From a virus (Duplodnaviria > Caudoviricetes): DNA of 59,314 nt. Shown here piece after piece: positions 9,679 to 19,034 of the stretch. The notes beneath the pieces are model-generated. The model was not told where the DNA came from and made no database searches. It worked only from the letters and a program-made list of their open reading frames with translations. The stretch spans positions 1 through 59,314 of IMG/VR virus record IMGVR_UViG_3300036768_000707. One strand, written 5' to 3'. Position 1 is the stretch's first letter. Every line of letters starts with the position of its first letter. Both the position numbers and the translations under genes were made by a program.

Positions 9679-10452
9679 TCATGCGGCACTCAGATCTGTG
9701 CCGCACTGCTTGCAGCTACCGGCTTCCGCATCATTCAGCGCGCCACAGTGAGGGCAGATGATTCCTTCGACACTACCGGCGTCTGCGGAATCTGCCTTCT
9801 CTGCCGCAGTCGCAGTGAGCGCCTCGAAGATCGATGCTGAGAGCTTCGACACAGCCTCTTCGAGTGCGTCACGCGAAGCAGTCCCTGACTTCTTCATCGT
9901 GACGACGGACGCGATGAAGGGGGGCCAGTTCTTTGCGAACGCGCGCATGAGTTCTTGGACTTCTTCCTGTTCTGAAGTTCCGGGCGCTGTCTTTGCTGCC
10001 TTCTCTTCGCGTTGCGCACGACCAATGAGCGACCGGAGTGCTCGGTACATGCGTTCGCGCGCGGACAGCTTGAGCGGAGACGTAGCTTCGACCGATTGCG
10101 AGGCCTCGGACTTGGCGATGTAGCCAAGCTGATCGAACCAGGCGAGAAGGGTGTCAGCAGCCTTCTGCACGTGATCCGGCGCCTGCGCGAGCGTCTCCCC
10201 ATCGCGCAGTTTCTGAAGCAGGCCGCCGAGCACCTCATGAGCCTTGATGAGCTCCATTTCTTCCTCGACGGCCTTCGCAAGTTCTGTCGTTACACTCACC
10301 TCCTCCGCAGTTTTCATAACCATCCAACCCTCCTCCTCGTTCGCTGGATGATCGACCCCGGACGTCTCCTGCCACTTGATGTCAACGAGCGCACGGGGGG
10401 CGCCGTGGATAAACGGTGCCAGCGTCGCTCCCCGGTTCTGCGCGTCCGTCAT
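9679..10452 (-). CDS. Prohead maturation/scaffold-related protein with C-terminal zinc ribbon
   Basis: LVDIKWQETSGVDHPAN motif recalls XkdF-associated segments; CPHC...CKQC. Confidence 0.55.
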   Translation of the reverse strand: MTDAQNRGATLAPFIHGAPRALVDIKWQETSGVDHPANEEEGWMVMKTAEEVSVTTELAKAVEEEMELIKAHEVLGGLLQKLRDGETLAQAPDHVQKAADTLLAWFDQLGYIAKSEASQSVEATSPLKLSARERMYRALRSLIGRAQREEKAAKTAPGTSEQEEVQELMRAFAKNWPPFIASVVTMKKSGTASRDALEEAVSKLSASIFEALTATAAEKADSADAGSVEGIICPHCGALNDAEAGSCKQCGTDLSAA

Positions 10453-10567
10453 CCTGTTCCCCCACATAAAAGGCGCTCGTCCCTCACGACGGCGCCTTCA
10501 ATGCTGTGCCTCCGTTACTTTGGCAGTTATTGAGCTCGAGGGCCAGCCCTCGGTAGCTTTCACTTAC

Positions 10568-10598
10568 AATAATGAACAGCCCAACTTTGTCATGTCAA
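10568..10598 (-). promoter_or_regulatory. Putative sigma70 promoter for capsid genes
   Basis: Minus strand TTGACA-N18-CATTAT in an AT-rich intergenic gap; no palindromic operator. Confidence 0.45.
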
Positions 10599-10610
10599 GA
10601 GTCTTGAGTT

Positions 10611-10826
10611 TCAAGAACTAGGCTCGTCTAGCTGCAAAGAAACTCGGACGGAACTGTTCTTCCCAAGCTTCAGCACGATTCGAAGGGAAAGTCCATACGT
10701 GACAGCTAGTGCGACAGCGTCTTCCACTTTCGCCCCAGCGAGCGCTCGGATGAGCGTCTCGCGCGCGCGTTTGACCGATGGATGCGTACTCGGGAGCATG
10801 ACGGGACGAGGCCCGGACGTCGTCAT
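10611..10826 (-). CDS. Hypothetical protein
   Basis: ATGA-coupled to the upstream gene. Confidence 0.5.
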   Translation of the reverse strand: MTTSGPRPVMLPSTHPSVKRARETLIRALAGAKVEDAVALAVTYGLSLRIVLKLGKNSSVRVSLQLDEPSS

Positions 10827-11035
10827 GGAGAAGGTTCTTCTTCTACTCGGAACTCGTACGTCATAGCCGTCTTGACCGTGTCAGGGTGAGACTCCAAGAA
10901 GTAGGCGAGGGCGAGAGCTGGTTCATGCGCCAGACATGACAGCTGAAGCCACGCTTCGGCTCCGGCCCTTCTGTACAAGATCTTGAACTGCCGACGCGCA
11001 TGTTCTACTGATTTTTCCGCGTCAAGAGGTAGCAT
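10823..11035 (-). CDS. Hypothetical protein
   Basis: GAGGAG SD. Confidence 0.5.
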   Translation of the reverse strand: MLPLDAEKSVEHARRQFKILYRRAGAEAWLQLSCLAHEPALALAYFLESHPDTVKTAMTYEFRVEEEPSP

Positions 11036-11053
11036 TTACACACTCCTCTTAGA

Positions 11054-11926
11054 CTAAGAGACGACGAGGCGCTTCGCTTTCCCTCCGAACGAGAACCCCC
11101 TGATGGCGCCCGCTTTCACAAGGTCCCACGCATCTGGCTCCCAGATGACGCCCATGTACACCGAGTCTTTCGGAATGGTGCGCGTCTCAACCGTTCCATC
11201 AGGCAGCATGAACTGCGCCTCGACATCGTACGGCCACTGCACGATATCGACCCACTCGCCAATCTTCTTCATGCCGACACCGGGGAGCATACCATGCTGC
11301 CGGTAGATGTTCCTGTCTCCGCCCTGCACGTAAGAGACGCGCGCGTCAAACAGCTCGTCAGGAGTAGCGAACTCGTTATGCGCGTCGAGGACGGGGTCAT
11401 CGAATGCACGCGGGGAAGACTTGTAGACGACCGAGAACGTGTACCGCTTCGCGTCATCCGCCTTCATGAGCGTCTCAGCGTAGAACTTCGTCTCCGTCTC
11501 TTCGTCTTTCACGACGTGTTCGGGTTGCACAGCTTGGGTGTCAGGCTCAACTGCGGGCGTAGAAGTCTCTTGTGCAGCAGCCTGGACCTGGTGCGGGTGC
11601 GAGTGCGGACGTACATGTACGGCGTACTTGCGGTCATGGCGAGGAAGTAGCCAGTGGCCTTCTTCTTGCCTCGGAGCATCTTCTTTGCCTGTCAACCATC
11701 GCATGCCCGCTGAGATCAACGGTGTCCAACGGCCGTGCTGATCTCGGGGCTGACCTTCGTGGTACTTTTGGACGCCGAGCAGTTGTTCAGCGAGTGCGAC
11801 GAGTTCTGCGTACGCCATCTTGTGTTCGACGCGCCGCATAATCTCCGCGCAGTAAGCTTTGGGATCTTCCTTGTCCGCATTCTGCTCGACGCAGTCATCG
11901 AAGTTCAGATAGTTCGCGAACGGCAT
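11054..11926 (-). CDS. XkdF-like prohead serine protease
   Basis: DAHNEFATPDEL...RQH...WDLVKAGAIRGFSFGGKA. Confidence 0.75.
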   Translation of the reverse strand: MPFANYLNFDDCVEQNADKEDPKAYCAEIMRRVEHKMAYAELVALAEQLLGVQKYHEGQPRDQHGRWTPLISAGMRWLTGKEDAPRQEEGHWLLPRHDRKYAVHVRPHSHPHQVQAAAQETSTPAVEPDTQAVQPEHVVKDEETETKFYAETLMKADDAKRYTFSVVYKSSPRAFDDPVLDAHNEFATPDELFDARVSYVQGGDRNIYRQHGMLPGVGMKKIGEWVDIVQWPYDVEAQFMLPDGTVETRTIPKDSVYMGVIWEPDAWDLVKAGAIRGFSFGGKAKRLVVS

Positions 11927-12004
11927 AGTCTACTTCTCCGAAAGCTCCTCCACATGTTCCCGAAGAGCTGTCATTACCGCCCTCCTGCTGGTCACACACA
12001 CCTT

Positions 12005-13000
12005 TTATGATACGAGCTCTTCGTTCAAGAGCTCATCTTCGTCCCCCAAGAAGAGCTCGCGCGGAGGAAGCCAGCCACGTGTATCCGCAGCAAGTGCACA
12101 CCGGCACCAGGGGTGTGCGGGTGGGTGCATGATCTCATCACCAGACACAGAGAAGAAGGGCTCATCGATCTCGACGTAGCCCTGTGCCGCATTTTCCAGA
12201 CACGTAGGACATACAGGGGTGAGTTCGGCTGAAGGTGAGTCCTCCGCTGTAAGCCATCTGCGCGCGCGGATGCCGTTGCGTTCGAACGTCTCAAACGTCA
12301 CCGCCTCCCATGCACGCGCAGTCTCAGTACGCGCGATCACTTCTGCCCGTCTGCGCGCCAGATCTTCGACGCGCGCGCGCAAGTCAGAAATGAGGTCATC
12401 GATGGGCTTCGGATTCTGCGGGTCAGTAGCTTCAACGATCAGACGCGCGATATCCTGTGCATCTTTTCCGAAAGAGTCTTTGAGATAGTCGCGCGCCGTA
12501 TCAGCAAGTTCTGGAAAGAGCGTGCGGAACGTCTCCTCCGGCGTTGTCCAATCGAAGCCATCCTCAAACCCGAGTTCGGTTGTCGCTAATCTTCCTGCGG
12601 ACTCCGCGACATCTGCGATCGTGTCCAGCACCGTATCCGCCTCATACTCGAGGTCTTCGTCAGAAAGCTCCATCAGCCGCGCGATCGCGTCAATGAGTTG
12701 TTCCTCGTCTGCGTCTGCTTTCTGCACGATCTCGACAGGGAGAGGGGAACGGGCGGGAGCGCGATGTGCACGCGCGATCGCGACCAGGGTCTCGTACGGC
12801 GGATACTTACTCCGCATTCTCTCAAACGACTGGGTCACAGCCCGCAGCACCTTCTTTTCCACGCGCTGCTTGATTCTGCTCGTGCTACCATACAACTGCG
12901 GTGCGGAAGCTGCGCGAAGAAGATGCTCGTAGACCTTGCGGATACGGGCGAGACGTCGAAGTCGGGGTGAGTATCTAGCCTTAGTGATGATTGGTTCCAC
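12005..13000 (-). CDS. Minor head protein, MuF/SPP1 gp7 family
   Basis: RAEVIARTETARA, WLTAED, CPTC, HPPAHPWCRC. Confidence 0.9.
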   Translation of the reverse strand: MEPIITKARYSPRLRRLARIRKVYEHLLRAASAPQLYGSTSRIKQRVEKKVLRAVTQSFERMRSKYPPYETLVAIARAHRAPARSPLPVEIVQKADADEEQLIDAIARLMELSDEDLEYEADTVLDTIADVAESAGRLATTELGFEDGFDWTTPEETFRTLFPELADTARDYLKDSFGKDAQDIARLIVEATDPQNPKPIDDLISDLRARVEDLARRRAEVIARTETARAWEAVTFETFERNGIRARRWLTAEDSPSAELTPVCPTCLENAAQGYVEIDEPFFSVSGDEIMHPPAHPWCRCALAADTRGWLPPRELFLGDEDELLNEELVS

Positions 13001-14603
13001 GCATCGAAAACCCTTCTTCCATCAGTAACATCTCCGTCACGTCGTCAAGGCGCGAGAGCGATTGTTCGATGCGATCGCGAAGAGCTTTCGTCATCGCTCC
13101 AGGAACAGGAAGCGGACCCGGAGGTGCTGTGCCATCATCTGGCACAACGCTTTGGCGTGTCGCGCTTGATGGGAGGGCAAGGTCATTCGCCTTCAGCCAC
13201 TCAGAGAGTGTCAGATCTGCGAAGCGATCGTCGTAGGACATATGCAGCCGTGCTCTGCCTTCGTTGATCGTCATGAGGTCGAGCATGACGAGCTGGTGCA
13301 CAATGGACGCATCGACAGACTCATCTGAGATGTCGAGTGCTTCGAAGTCCATCTTGTACGCGAGTTGTGAAGGTGTCGGAGGGGGCTCGCCGACGATGCC
13401 GCCTCCCGCTTTATAGCGCGCGAACTCGACCTCGACAAAGCGGTTCAGTCTGTCCTCGATGATGTCTTGACCACGTGCTACGACGCCATCTTTGTAGATG
13501 CGGTTGGTGACATTCGCGATCGAGCCGCCAAGAAATCCCTGACGTGCGATGCCCAGCCGGTCAGGCGGGACGCGGTGTGCTGTGAGCACCGCCTCATCCA
13601 TCATCGACAGCATGCGGGCGAAGTGGAGATCATTCTGCTGTACTGTGATGCGCTCGATCTGCACACGCGCATCGCCTTCGATCGGCAAGAGCAGGTTGCG
13701 GTGTGGGTCTTTGTGCTGCTCTCGAAGCTGCTCCTCCAACTCGTCGATCGTGCGGTCGACATCTTTCGCGAGACCAGAGACGATGATCACGAGACGAGGT
13801 TCGCGCGCATTCGAGAACCAGAGCACATTGTAGTCACGAGCCGCGATCGCGAGGCTGATATGACCGACCGCAGAGATGTATGTCGGGATGCCATACCATG
13901 TTGAGCGCCGAGATGGCTTCCGGAAGATCAGCAACTCGTTCGCCAGCTCCTGTGCTGGAGTACCATCTGGAGCAGGCCGGCCGTTCTTCGCGTAGAAATT
14001 GCCTGACTCATTCCAGAGCTTGAACCAGACCTGCCGCCCCTGTCTGATCTGAGCGAACAGTCGACCAGAGCGGTGCGCGCGCACAGTGTGCGCGGGGACG
14101 GGATAGATCTGACGTACGACACCGCGCGTGTCACGCGCGACTTCGATCATGCCCCAGGCGAGCGTCTCGTAATCTGTCTGCATCGCCTGCAGCACTTCGA
14201 GTGACGTCATGTCAGAGGTGAGACTCTCCCACCACTCCTCGAGCTCTTGCTTCTGCGCGGGGTCAGCGTCCTCATGCGCGCGCTTCGGCACGAAGATTGG
14301 GCCACCAGCGATGATGTCTGACACCTTCTGCTCGATGCATGCTGCATGGATGGGATGAGCTTCGGCGAGTGTGACGAGCTGCTCAAACGAGTAGGGCGGA
14401 ATGCGCAAGGCATTGCCATACCCAGAGACGTTGAGGAAAGGGTCTTCTGTGAGTTGTCGAGATGGGAACTCGCGCATGACGAGTCCATCGCTATCGCGCG
14501 CGGTTGAAGAGGCGGCCTTGCTGATGCCTCCGAACGAGACGACACGCGCGATGCGAGCACCTGAACTCTGCGGCTCGTCCTCTGGGACGAAAGGTTCTGC
14601 CAT
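12981..14603 (-). CDS. Portal protein (PBSX/HK97-like)
   Basis: HAACIEQK, IEVARD, WYGIP, WFSNAREP, AHRVPP..LG, MTINEGR motifs; 540 aa. Confidence 0.92.
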   Translation of the reverse strand: MAEPFVPEDEPQSSGARIARVVSFGGISKAASSTARDSDGLVMREFPSRQLTEDPFLNVSGYGNALRIPPYSFEQLVTLAEAHPIHAACIEQKVSDIIAGGPIFVPKRAHEDADPAQKQELEEWWESLTSDMTSLEVLQAMQTDYETLAWGMIEVARDTRGVVRQIYPVPAHTVRAHRSGRLFAQIRQGRQVWFKLWNESGNFYAKNGRPAPDGTPAQELANELLIFRKPSRRSTWYGIPTYISAVGHISLAIAARDYNVLWFSNAREPRLVIIVSGLAKDVDRTIDELEEQLREQHKDPHRNLLLPIEGDARVQIERITVQQNDLHFARMLSMMDEAVLTAHRVPPDRLGIARQGFLGGSIANVTNRIYKDGVVARGQDIIEDRLNRFVEVEFARYKAGGGIVGEPPPTPSQLAYKMDFEALDISDESVDASIVHQLVMLDLMTINEGRARLHMSYDDRFADLTLSEWLKANDLALPSSATRQSVVPDDGTAPPGPLPVPGAMTKALRDRIEQSLSRLDDVTEMLLMEEGFSMRGTNHH

Positions 14604-14689
14604 GATCCCTCCATCTCCGGACGTGTCACGTCATGACGTCCGATGACGTAGTAATCATCATATTGCAGAACCAGAGGCTTGGTAAAAGC

Positions 14690-14720
14690 GGGGGGAGCCG
14701 GAGATTTTTCCGGCTCCCCC
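14690..14720 (-). terminator. Rho-independent terminator
   Basis: GGGGGAGCCGGA stem with complement TCCGGCTCCCCC, followed by CTTTT on the minus strand. Confidence 0.75.
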
Positions 14721-14740
14721 TGTCAGTAAGGTTGGGGGGC

Positions 14741-14953
14741 TTAGATGAGCCCCAACCTCACTAACCAGCTGTTGTGCCCATGCGGGCACTTGCCGTCCGG
14801 CTCGACCCGGCAACCATCGGTTGCGCGGGCGACGCCGTCCTCAAGCCATCGCTCGAGCTTCGCGAACGACGGCCGCTTGGTCGTGACCTTGTGGCGCTGC
14901 CCCGCGGGCCGGCCGCATGTCGGGCAGGTCTGCGTCTGCGTGTCCATCATCAT
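14741..14953 (-). CDS. Small Cys/His-rich protein (moron-like unit)
   Basis: CPTC...ATDGCRVEPDGKCPHGH; has its own promoter, AGGAGGT SD and terminator. Confidence 0.75.
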   Translation of the reverse strand: MMMDTQTQTCPTCGRPAGQRHKVTTKRPSFAKLERWLEDGVARATDGCRVEPDGKCPHGHNSWLVRLGLI

Positions 14954-14969
14954 CTCACCTCCTGCTAGG

Positions 14970-14999
14970 AGTATACGTCAGATGACGTCAGGCTGTCAA
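14970..14999 (-). promoter_or_regulatory. Promoter with palindromic operator (copy 1)
   Basis: TTGACA-gcctgACGTCAtcTGACG-TATACT. Confidence 0.85.
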
Positions 15000-15003
15000 G
15001 GCC

Positions 15004-16506
15004 TTAGAAGCGGCGGAGGCGCAGAATCCGCGCGGGGCGTACGTCGCGGTGCTTGCCCAGGTGTGCACGCCACGCCATCGCACACGCAACGAGTGAGTCA
15101 GGAGGATGGCCTTTGCCGCTGTGCCGGTACAGGTCGTCGACCGTCGCGTAGAGGTGGTCAGCTGTCAGGCTTGCGATGTCGGGAGAGATCACGTCCCCGC
15201 GCTCGATAGCGAGGATCCAGTCCGAGAACAGCTGAGTACGCGTCATGCCATGCATCTTGATGGCGGATGCTTCCTCTTCGAGATAGTCTTCGACCACCGC
15301 CCCAATCCCTGTCCCATCGTGAGCAGCCTCTCCCCCATAGGCCGCGATCCTAGCATTGAGTCTCTCGATCATGAGCGGATACGGCTTCTTCTGATGCCGC
15401 TCAAACGACACAATGCGCGCGGGTGTTACATCTGTCCTGATCGTCACGATCGCTGTATAGTCTCTGTCGCGCGCCCAGTCTGCTCCATGCACATACGTCG
15501 CGCCCGGGACAGGCCTTTCGAACGTGTACTGCCGTCCAACAACATCATCTACTTTGCCGTACTTAGGATTGAAGCAGCGCTTGACTGCGAACGAGTCGAT
15601 CGCGCGTCCTTCCGAGGACGGCTCTTGCAGCTCATACTCAACCTCCCACATCGATTCCGACACTTCATGACGCTTTCGCTCCACCTCTTCAACTGCAAGC
15701 CAGCCCCCGTTCTCTTCGAGATTCTCTTTGTAGCACCATTCACGCACAGGCCAGCCGTGCGCAGCCGCGCGCTTCTTGATCTCAGTCACTGTCCCATCCG
15801 GATAGTGATGGGTCGATGATAGCACCGTCTGCGCGCGGAACGAGAGGCCGGATGCTTTCGTCGATGAAAGTGTCTGGCCCATTGCTGCGTCGAGCACAGC
15901 GAGGTCCATCTCGTCACACTCGTCTAGGCGCAGCCTGTGTGGGTGCGGACCACGCGCCGATCGCGTCGAGGCGGTGAGCGCGCGAAGCCAGTTGCCATGA
16001 ACTGTCTTCGTGAGCCACGTCAGGGGCTCGCGCGGCAAGAAGCGCCGAAACGGCCCTGTCATGCGCGCGATCGGTACGCCGTGCGCATCGCGCACGATGT
16101 AGGTGTAGTCCCAGACCTGCTTCGTCACCTCGTGCACGCGCTGTGACTGCTGCGCAGACCCGCCAAGCACTGCGACATTCATGCCGTCGAGAAGCTCGAG
16201 CAATGACAGGCCGCCGAGCATCGTCGACTTGCCCGCGAGGCCACGTGAGCCAAGCCAGACGATGATCGAATGCTGCGCAGTGTACGCCTCCCAGAACGCA
16301 TCGAGAGGCGCTGTATGTCCGGGACAGACTGCTTTATCGGCGAGAATGATGCCGAAGAAGTCTCTGCAGAACTTCTTCAGCTCTTCTTTGGTCGATGGCG
16401 ACAAGTAAGAGAAGAGCTTGCCGTCCGACTTCCTCCGGAAGGAGAGCTGGCCGACCTCTGGCAGCGCAGCGATCAGTTCGGGGTCATCGATCTGCAGCGT
16501 CGTCAC
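15004..16506 (-). CDS. terL: Terminase large subunit
   Basis: Walker A GSRGLAGKS, Walker B LRLDECD, nuclease motifs GADWARDRDYT and PPDSLVACAMA. Confidence 0.9.
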   Translation of the reverse strand: MTTLQIDDPELIAALPEVGQLSFRRKSDGKLFSYLSPSTKEELKKFCRDFFGIILADKAVCPGHTAPLDAFWEAYTAQHSIIVWLGSRGLAGKSTMLGGLSLLELLDGMNVAVLGGSAQQSQRVHEVTKQVWDYTYIVRDAHGVPIARMTGPFRRFLPREPLTWLTKTVHGNWLRALTASTRSARGPHPHRLRLDECDEMDLAVLDAAMGQTLSSTKASGLSFRAQTVLSSTHHYPDGTVTEIKKRAAAHGWPVREWCYKENLEENGGWLAVEEVERKRHEVSESMWEVEYELQEPSSEGRAIDSFAVKRCFNPKYGKVDDVVGRQYTFERPVPGATYVHGADWARDRDYTAIVTIRTDVTPARIVSFERHQKKPYPLMIERLNARIAAYGGEAAHDGTGIGAVVEDYLEEEASAIKMHGMTRTQLFSDWILAIERGDVISPDIASLTADHLYATVDDLYRHSGKGHPPDSLVACAMAWRAHLGKHRDVRPARILRLRRF

Positions 16507-16863
16507 GGCGTCCGGCCTCGTACATGCACGTGTCAGTGTAGTACATGCGTGCGCGTGAGTGCAGCAACGGCCCGCCGGCTAGAAACAAACGGGCCGTTAC
16601 TGCCGTGTCACGCGATCAGCACATCGTATGCAGCGCTCGCCTCCCTGCACACGCTCGCGAGTGCGTCACGCGGAGTGACGCGATAGCTGGTGATGGCTGC
16701 TCGACAGACGGGCGTTGAGCTAGTGGAGTGGAGGTGGACGATGCATCGCAGAGGGAAGGTACAGCATGTACCGTCACCCAACGCCCGCCTGCAGAACAGC
16801 CATCTTGTTGTGTAGACAAAGTATTGCATACCTCCAGCTGCTATCCAAGACCTGCACACCCTG

Positions 16864-17991
16864 TCACGCATCCCCCTCACCGTGCGCGTGAGTCTCAGTT
16901 GAGTCTCGGATGAGGGCGTCAGCACCGAGCCCCACACGCTCAGCCGCAACACGCGCGACGAGTTCGCTATGCTCGATGCCGACGAACGTCCGGCCCTCGC
17001 AGAACGCCGCGACGAGTGTCGAGCCGGAGCCGCAGAACGGGTCGAGCACAGTGCCTTGCTGCGGCACGACGAGGCGGATGAGCCACCGCATGAGCTCGAC
17101 AGGCTTGACGGTCGGATGCTCGTTGCTGACGCGCCCGCGTGCCATACGCTCCCGTACCGAAGCTTTGGCTGTGTAAAAGAACCGTGCAGCGCCCGGAGAC
17201 GCATCGTCGAGTACAGCGATGGGGCAGTCAGGCACACAGCGGAAGGTCTCGCGCTCTCCAAACAGGCCTGGCTCGCGGACTGTCCCGCACCCGGGCGCGT
17301 GTGTAAGCAGCACGTTCGCAGGCCAGCGGCCCTCAGCAGGCGCCGCCCGGCGCGAGTCGTGTTCTCCGGCGTCGCGGATGCGTGCCGCATCGATGTGCAA
17401 AGCTCCCGTCCCATACGTCCGCACAGTCTCCGCCACCGTCCCTTGGGGCTGCTTGCGCACGAGCACAATCGGCTCCCAGGCGGGCTTGAGCCCTGTCCCC
17501 CACCCCGCCCACTCCTCAGCCTCTGCTGTGAAGCCTTGCGCGCGCAGTGTCTGCGCGATGTTGAGGCTCTTGGGAAAGCCCGAACCGTACAACCACATCA
17601 GACAGTCGCGCACGACGAAGCCCGCGTCTTCGAGCCCGCAGGCGAGGCGGTGATACGTCCGAGGCCCGCCAAACGCGACCAGATGGCCCCCCGGGACGAG
17701 TACGCGCAGCGCCTCTTTCCCCCACGCCGTGCAGAACTGCTGGAACTTCTCACCGCCAACATACTGCGATGGCCCGCGGTCGAGGAGATTGGCGTACGCG
17801 CGCTTCAGCTTCGTCTTGCTGCGCGTCCTCCGGTCGAAGCCCTCTGGCTTGAACTCGACCCACGACTCGAACCCGAGCCCATAGGGCGGGTCGGTCACGA
17901 TCGCGTGTACCGATGCTGCAGGCAGACGCTGCATGACACGCACGCAGTCGCCGACAAAGATCTTCCCCCGCTGATCGCTGTCAGTTCTCAT
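16864..17991 (-). CDS. DNA N6-adenine/N4-cytosine methyltransferase (beta class)
   Basis: IVTDPPY, HPTVKPVELMRWL, VLDPFCGSGST. Confidence 0.93.
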   Translation of the reverse strand: MRTDSDQRGKIFVGDCVRVMQRLPAASVHAIVTDPPYGLGFESWVEFKPEGFDRRTRSKTKLKRAYANLLDRGPSQYVGGEKFQQFCTAWGKEALRVLVPGGHLVAFGGPRTYHRLACGLEDAGFVVRDCLMWLYGSGFPKSLNIAQTLRAQGFTAEAEEWAGWGTGLKPAWEPIVLVRKQPQGTVAETVRTYGTGALHIDAARIRDAGEHDSRRAAPAEGRWPANVLLTHAPGCGTVREPGLFGERETFRCVPDCPIAVLDDASPGAARFFYTAKASVRERMARGRVSNEHPTVKPVELMRWLIRLVVPQQGTVLDPFCGSGSTLVAAFCEGRTFVGIEHSELVARVAAERVGLGADALIRDSTETHAHGEGDA

Positions 17992-18359
17992 GGTGACCGC
18001 CGCGGATACCGTAGGGGCTGGGCGAGAGCGACGGTACCACGACAGGAACTGAAGGCACCGCTGCGGATACTCGACGCACCAAGGCGGAGTCCGAAAGTAC
18101 CGGCGCGGTGACTGCGCGTACCGACGCGGATACTCAAGATACCAGCGCGGAGTCTGAAGTACCAGCGTGGGACTTGAAGGTACTGCCGCGGGAACTGAAG
18201 GGACCGGCGTAGGTACTGACGTGACTCAGCTGGGAACTGAAAGAACTGGGGCGGGCACGACAGGTACACACGCGTGCCTTGCGCGCCTGTTCGAGCACGG
18301 CCGCGCGTGGGGCGCGGTGCCAGGCAGTACCGACCTTCCTTCAATGGCGCCGTCATCAT
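17988..18359 (-). CDS. Repeat-containing hypothetical protein
   Basis: ATGA overlaps at both ends; contains degenerate 21-nt repeats. Confidence 0.4.
   Translation of the reverse strand: MMTAPLKEGRYCLAPRPTRGRARTGAQGTRVYLSCPPQFFQFPAESRQYLRRSLQFPRQYLQVPRWYFRLRAGILSIRVGTRSHRAGTFGLRLGASSIRSGAFSSCRGTVALAQPLRYPRRSP
17994..18263. repeat. Degenerate 21-nt tandem repeat (about 12-13 units)
   Basis: Consensus approx. GTACCRNNGCGGRNACTGAAG at 18034, 18055, 18076, 18097, 18118, 18139 (20 nt), 18159, 18180, 18201, 18222, 18243. Confidence 0.75.
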
Positions 18360-19033
18360 CCTCCAAGGTCAGGGCCGGGGAGGAAGAACCCGTGTGACGA
18401 CATGCCGGAGTGCACAAACGCCGCTGTGCGCTCGCTGAGGCGGCGTACAGCTGCCTCAACAGCATCCGTCGAGAAGTGCGCAGCATTGCATTCTGGGATC
18501 TTGAGCCGCGCGGCTGTCTCGGCGAAGTCCGCGGCCGCGCTGAGGAAGACGAACGTCCACCGGTTCGCGCGCGTGCGCGCCCCGATCATCGCCGCAACTT
18601 TCCTGCCCGAGTATCTGCGAGAGCTGTTCTCCCCTCCGTCCGTCATGATGACACAGAGCATGCGGTCGTGCGCCGTCACCTGGCGCGCGTGCGCGTGCTC
18701 CTCGAACTCATCCAGCGTTGTGCCGATCGCGTCATACAGTGCTGTTCTGCCCGAGGGCCTGTACGCATCGAGTGCGTCGTGCACGTGCGCGAGCGACTGC
18801 ATCACTGGCCCCTGTCTGATCGCGTCCGAGAACAGTGTCAGTGTGTACGTGACACGCCCCGCTGTGTCGTGCACGGAGCTGAGGTACGCGCGGACTGCGT
18901 CCACTGTCCTCCGCGCGTACGGCTCCATTGACGCAGACTCATCGAGCACAAGCAGCACATGAAGCTGCGCGGGCGCGTGTGCGTCAAGCTCCTGACGCGC
19001 CTCGACCATCCCGCGACTACGTACTGTCATCAT
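18356..19033 (-). CDS. von Willebrand factor A domain protein
   Basis: MIDAS motif LVLDESASM, TALYDAIG, IMTDGGENSS. Confidence 0.88.
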   Translation of the reverse strand: MMTVRSRGMVEARQELDAHAPAQLHVLLVLDESASMEPYARRTVDAVRAYLSSVHDTAGRVTYTLTLFSDAIRQGPVMQSLAHVHDALDAYRPSGRTALYDAIGTTLDEFEEHAHARQVTAHDRMLCVIMTDGGENSSRRYSGRKVAAMIGARTRANRWTFVFLSAAADFAETAARLKIPECNAAHFSTDAVEAAVRRLSERTAAFVHSGMSSHGFFLPGPDLGG

Positions 19034-19034
19034 C

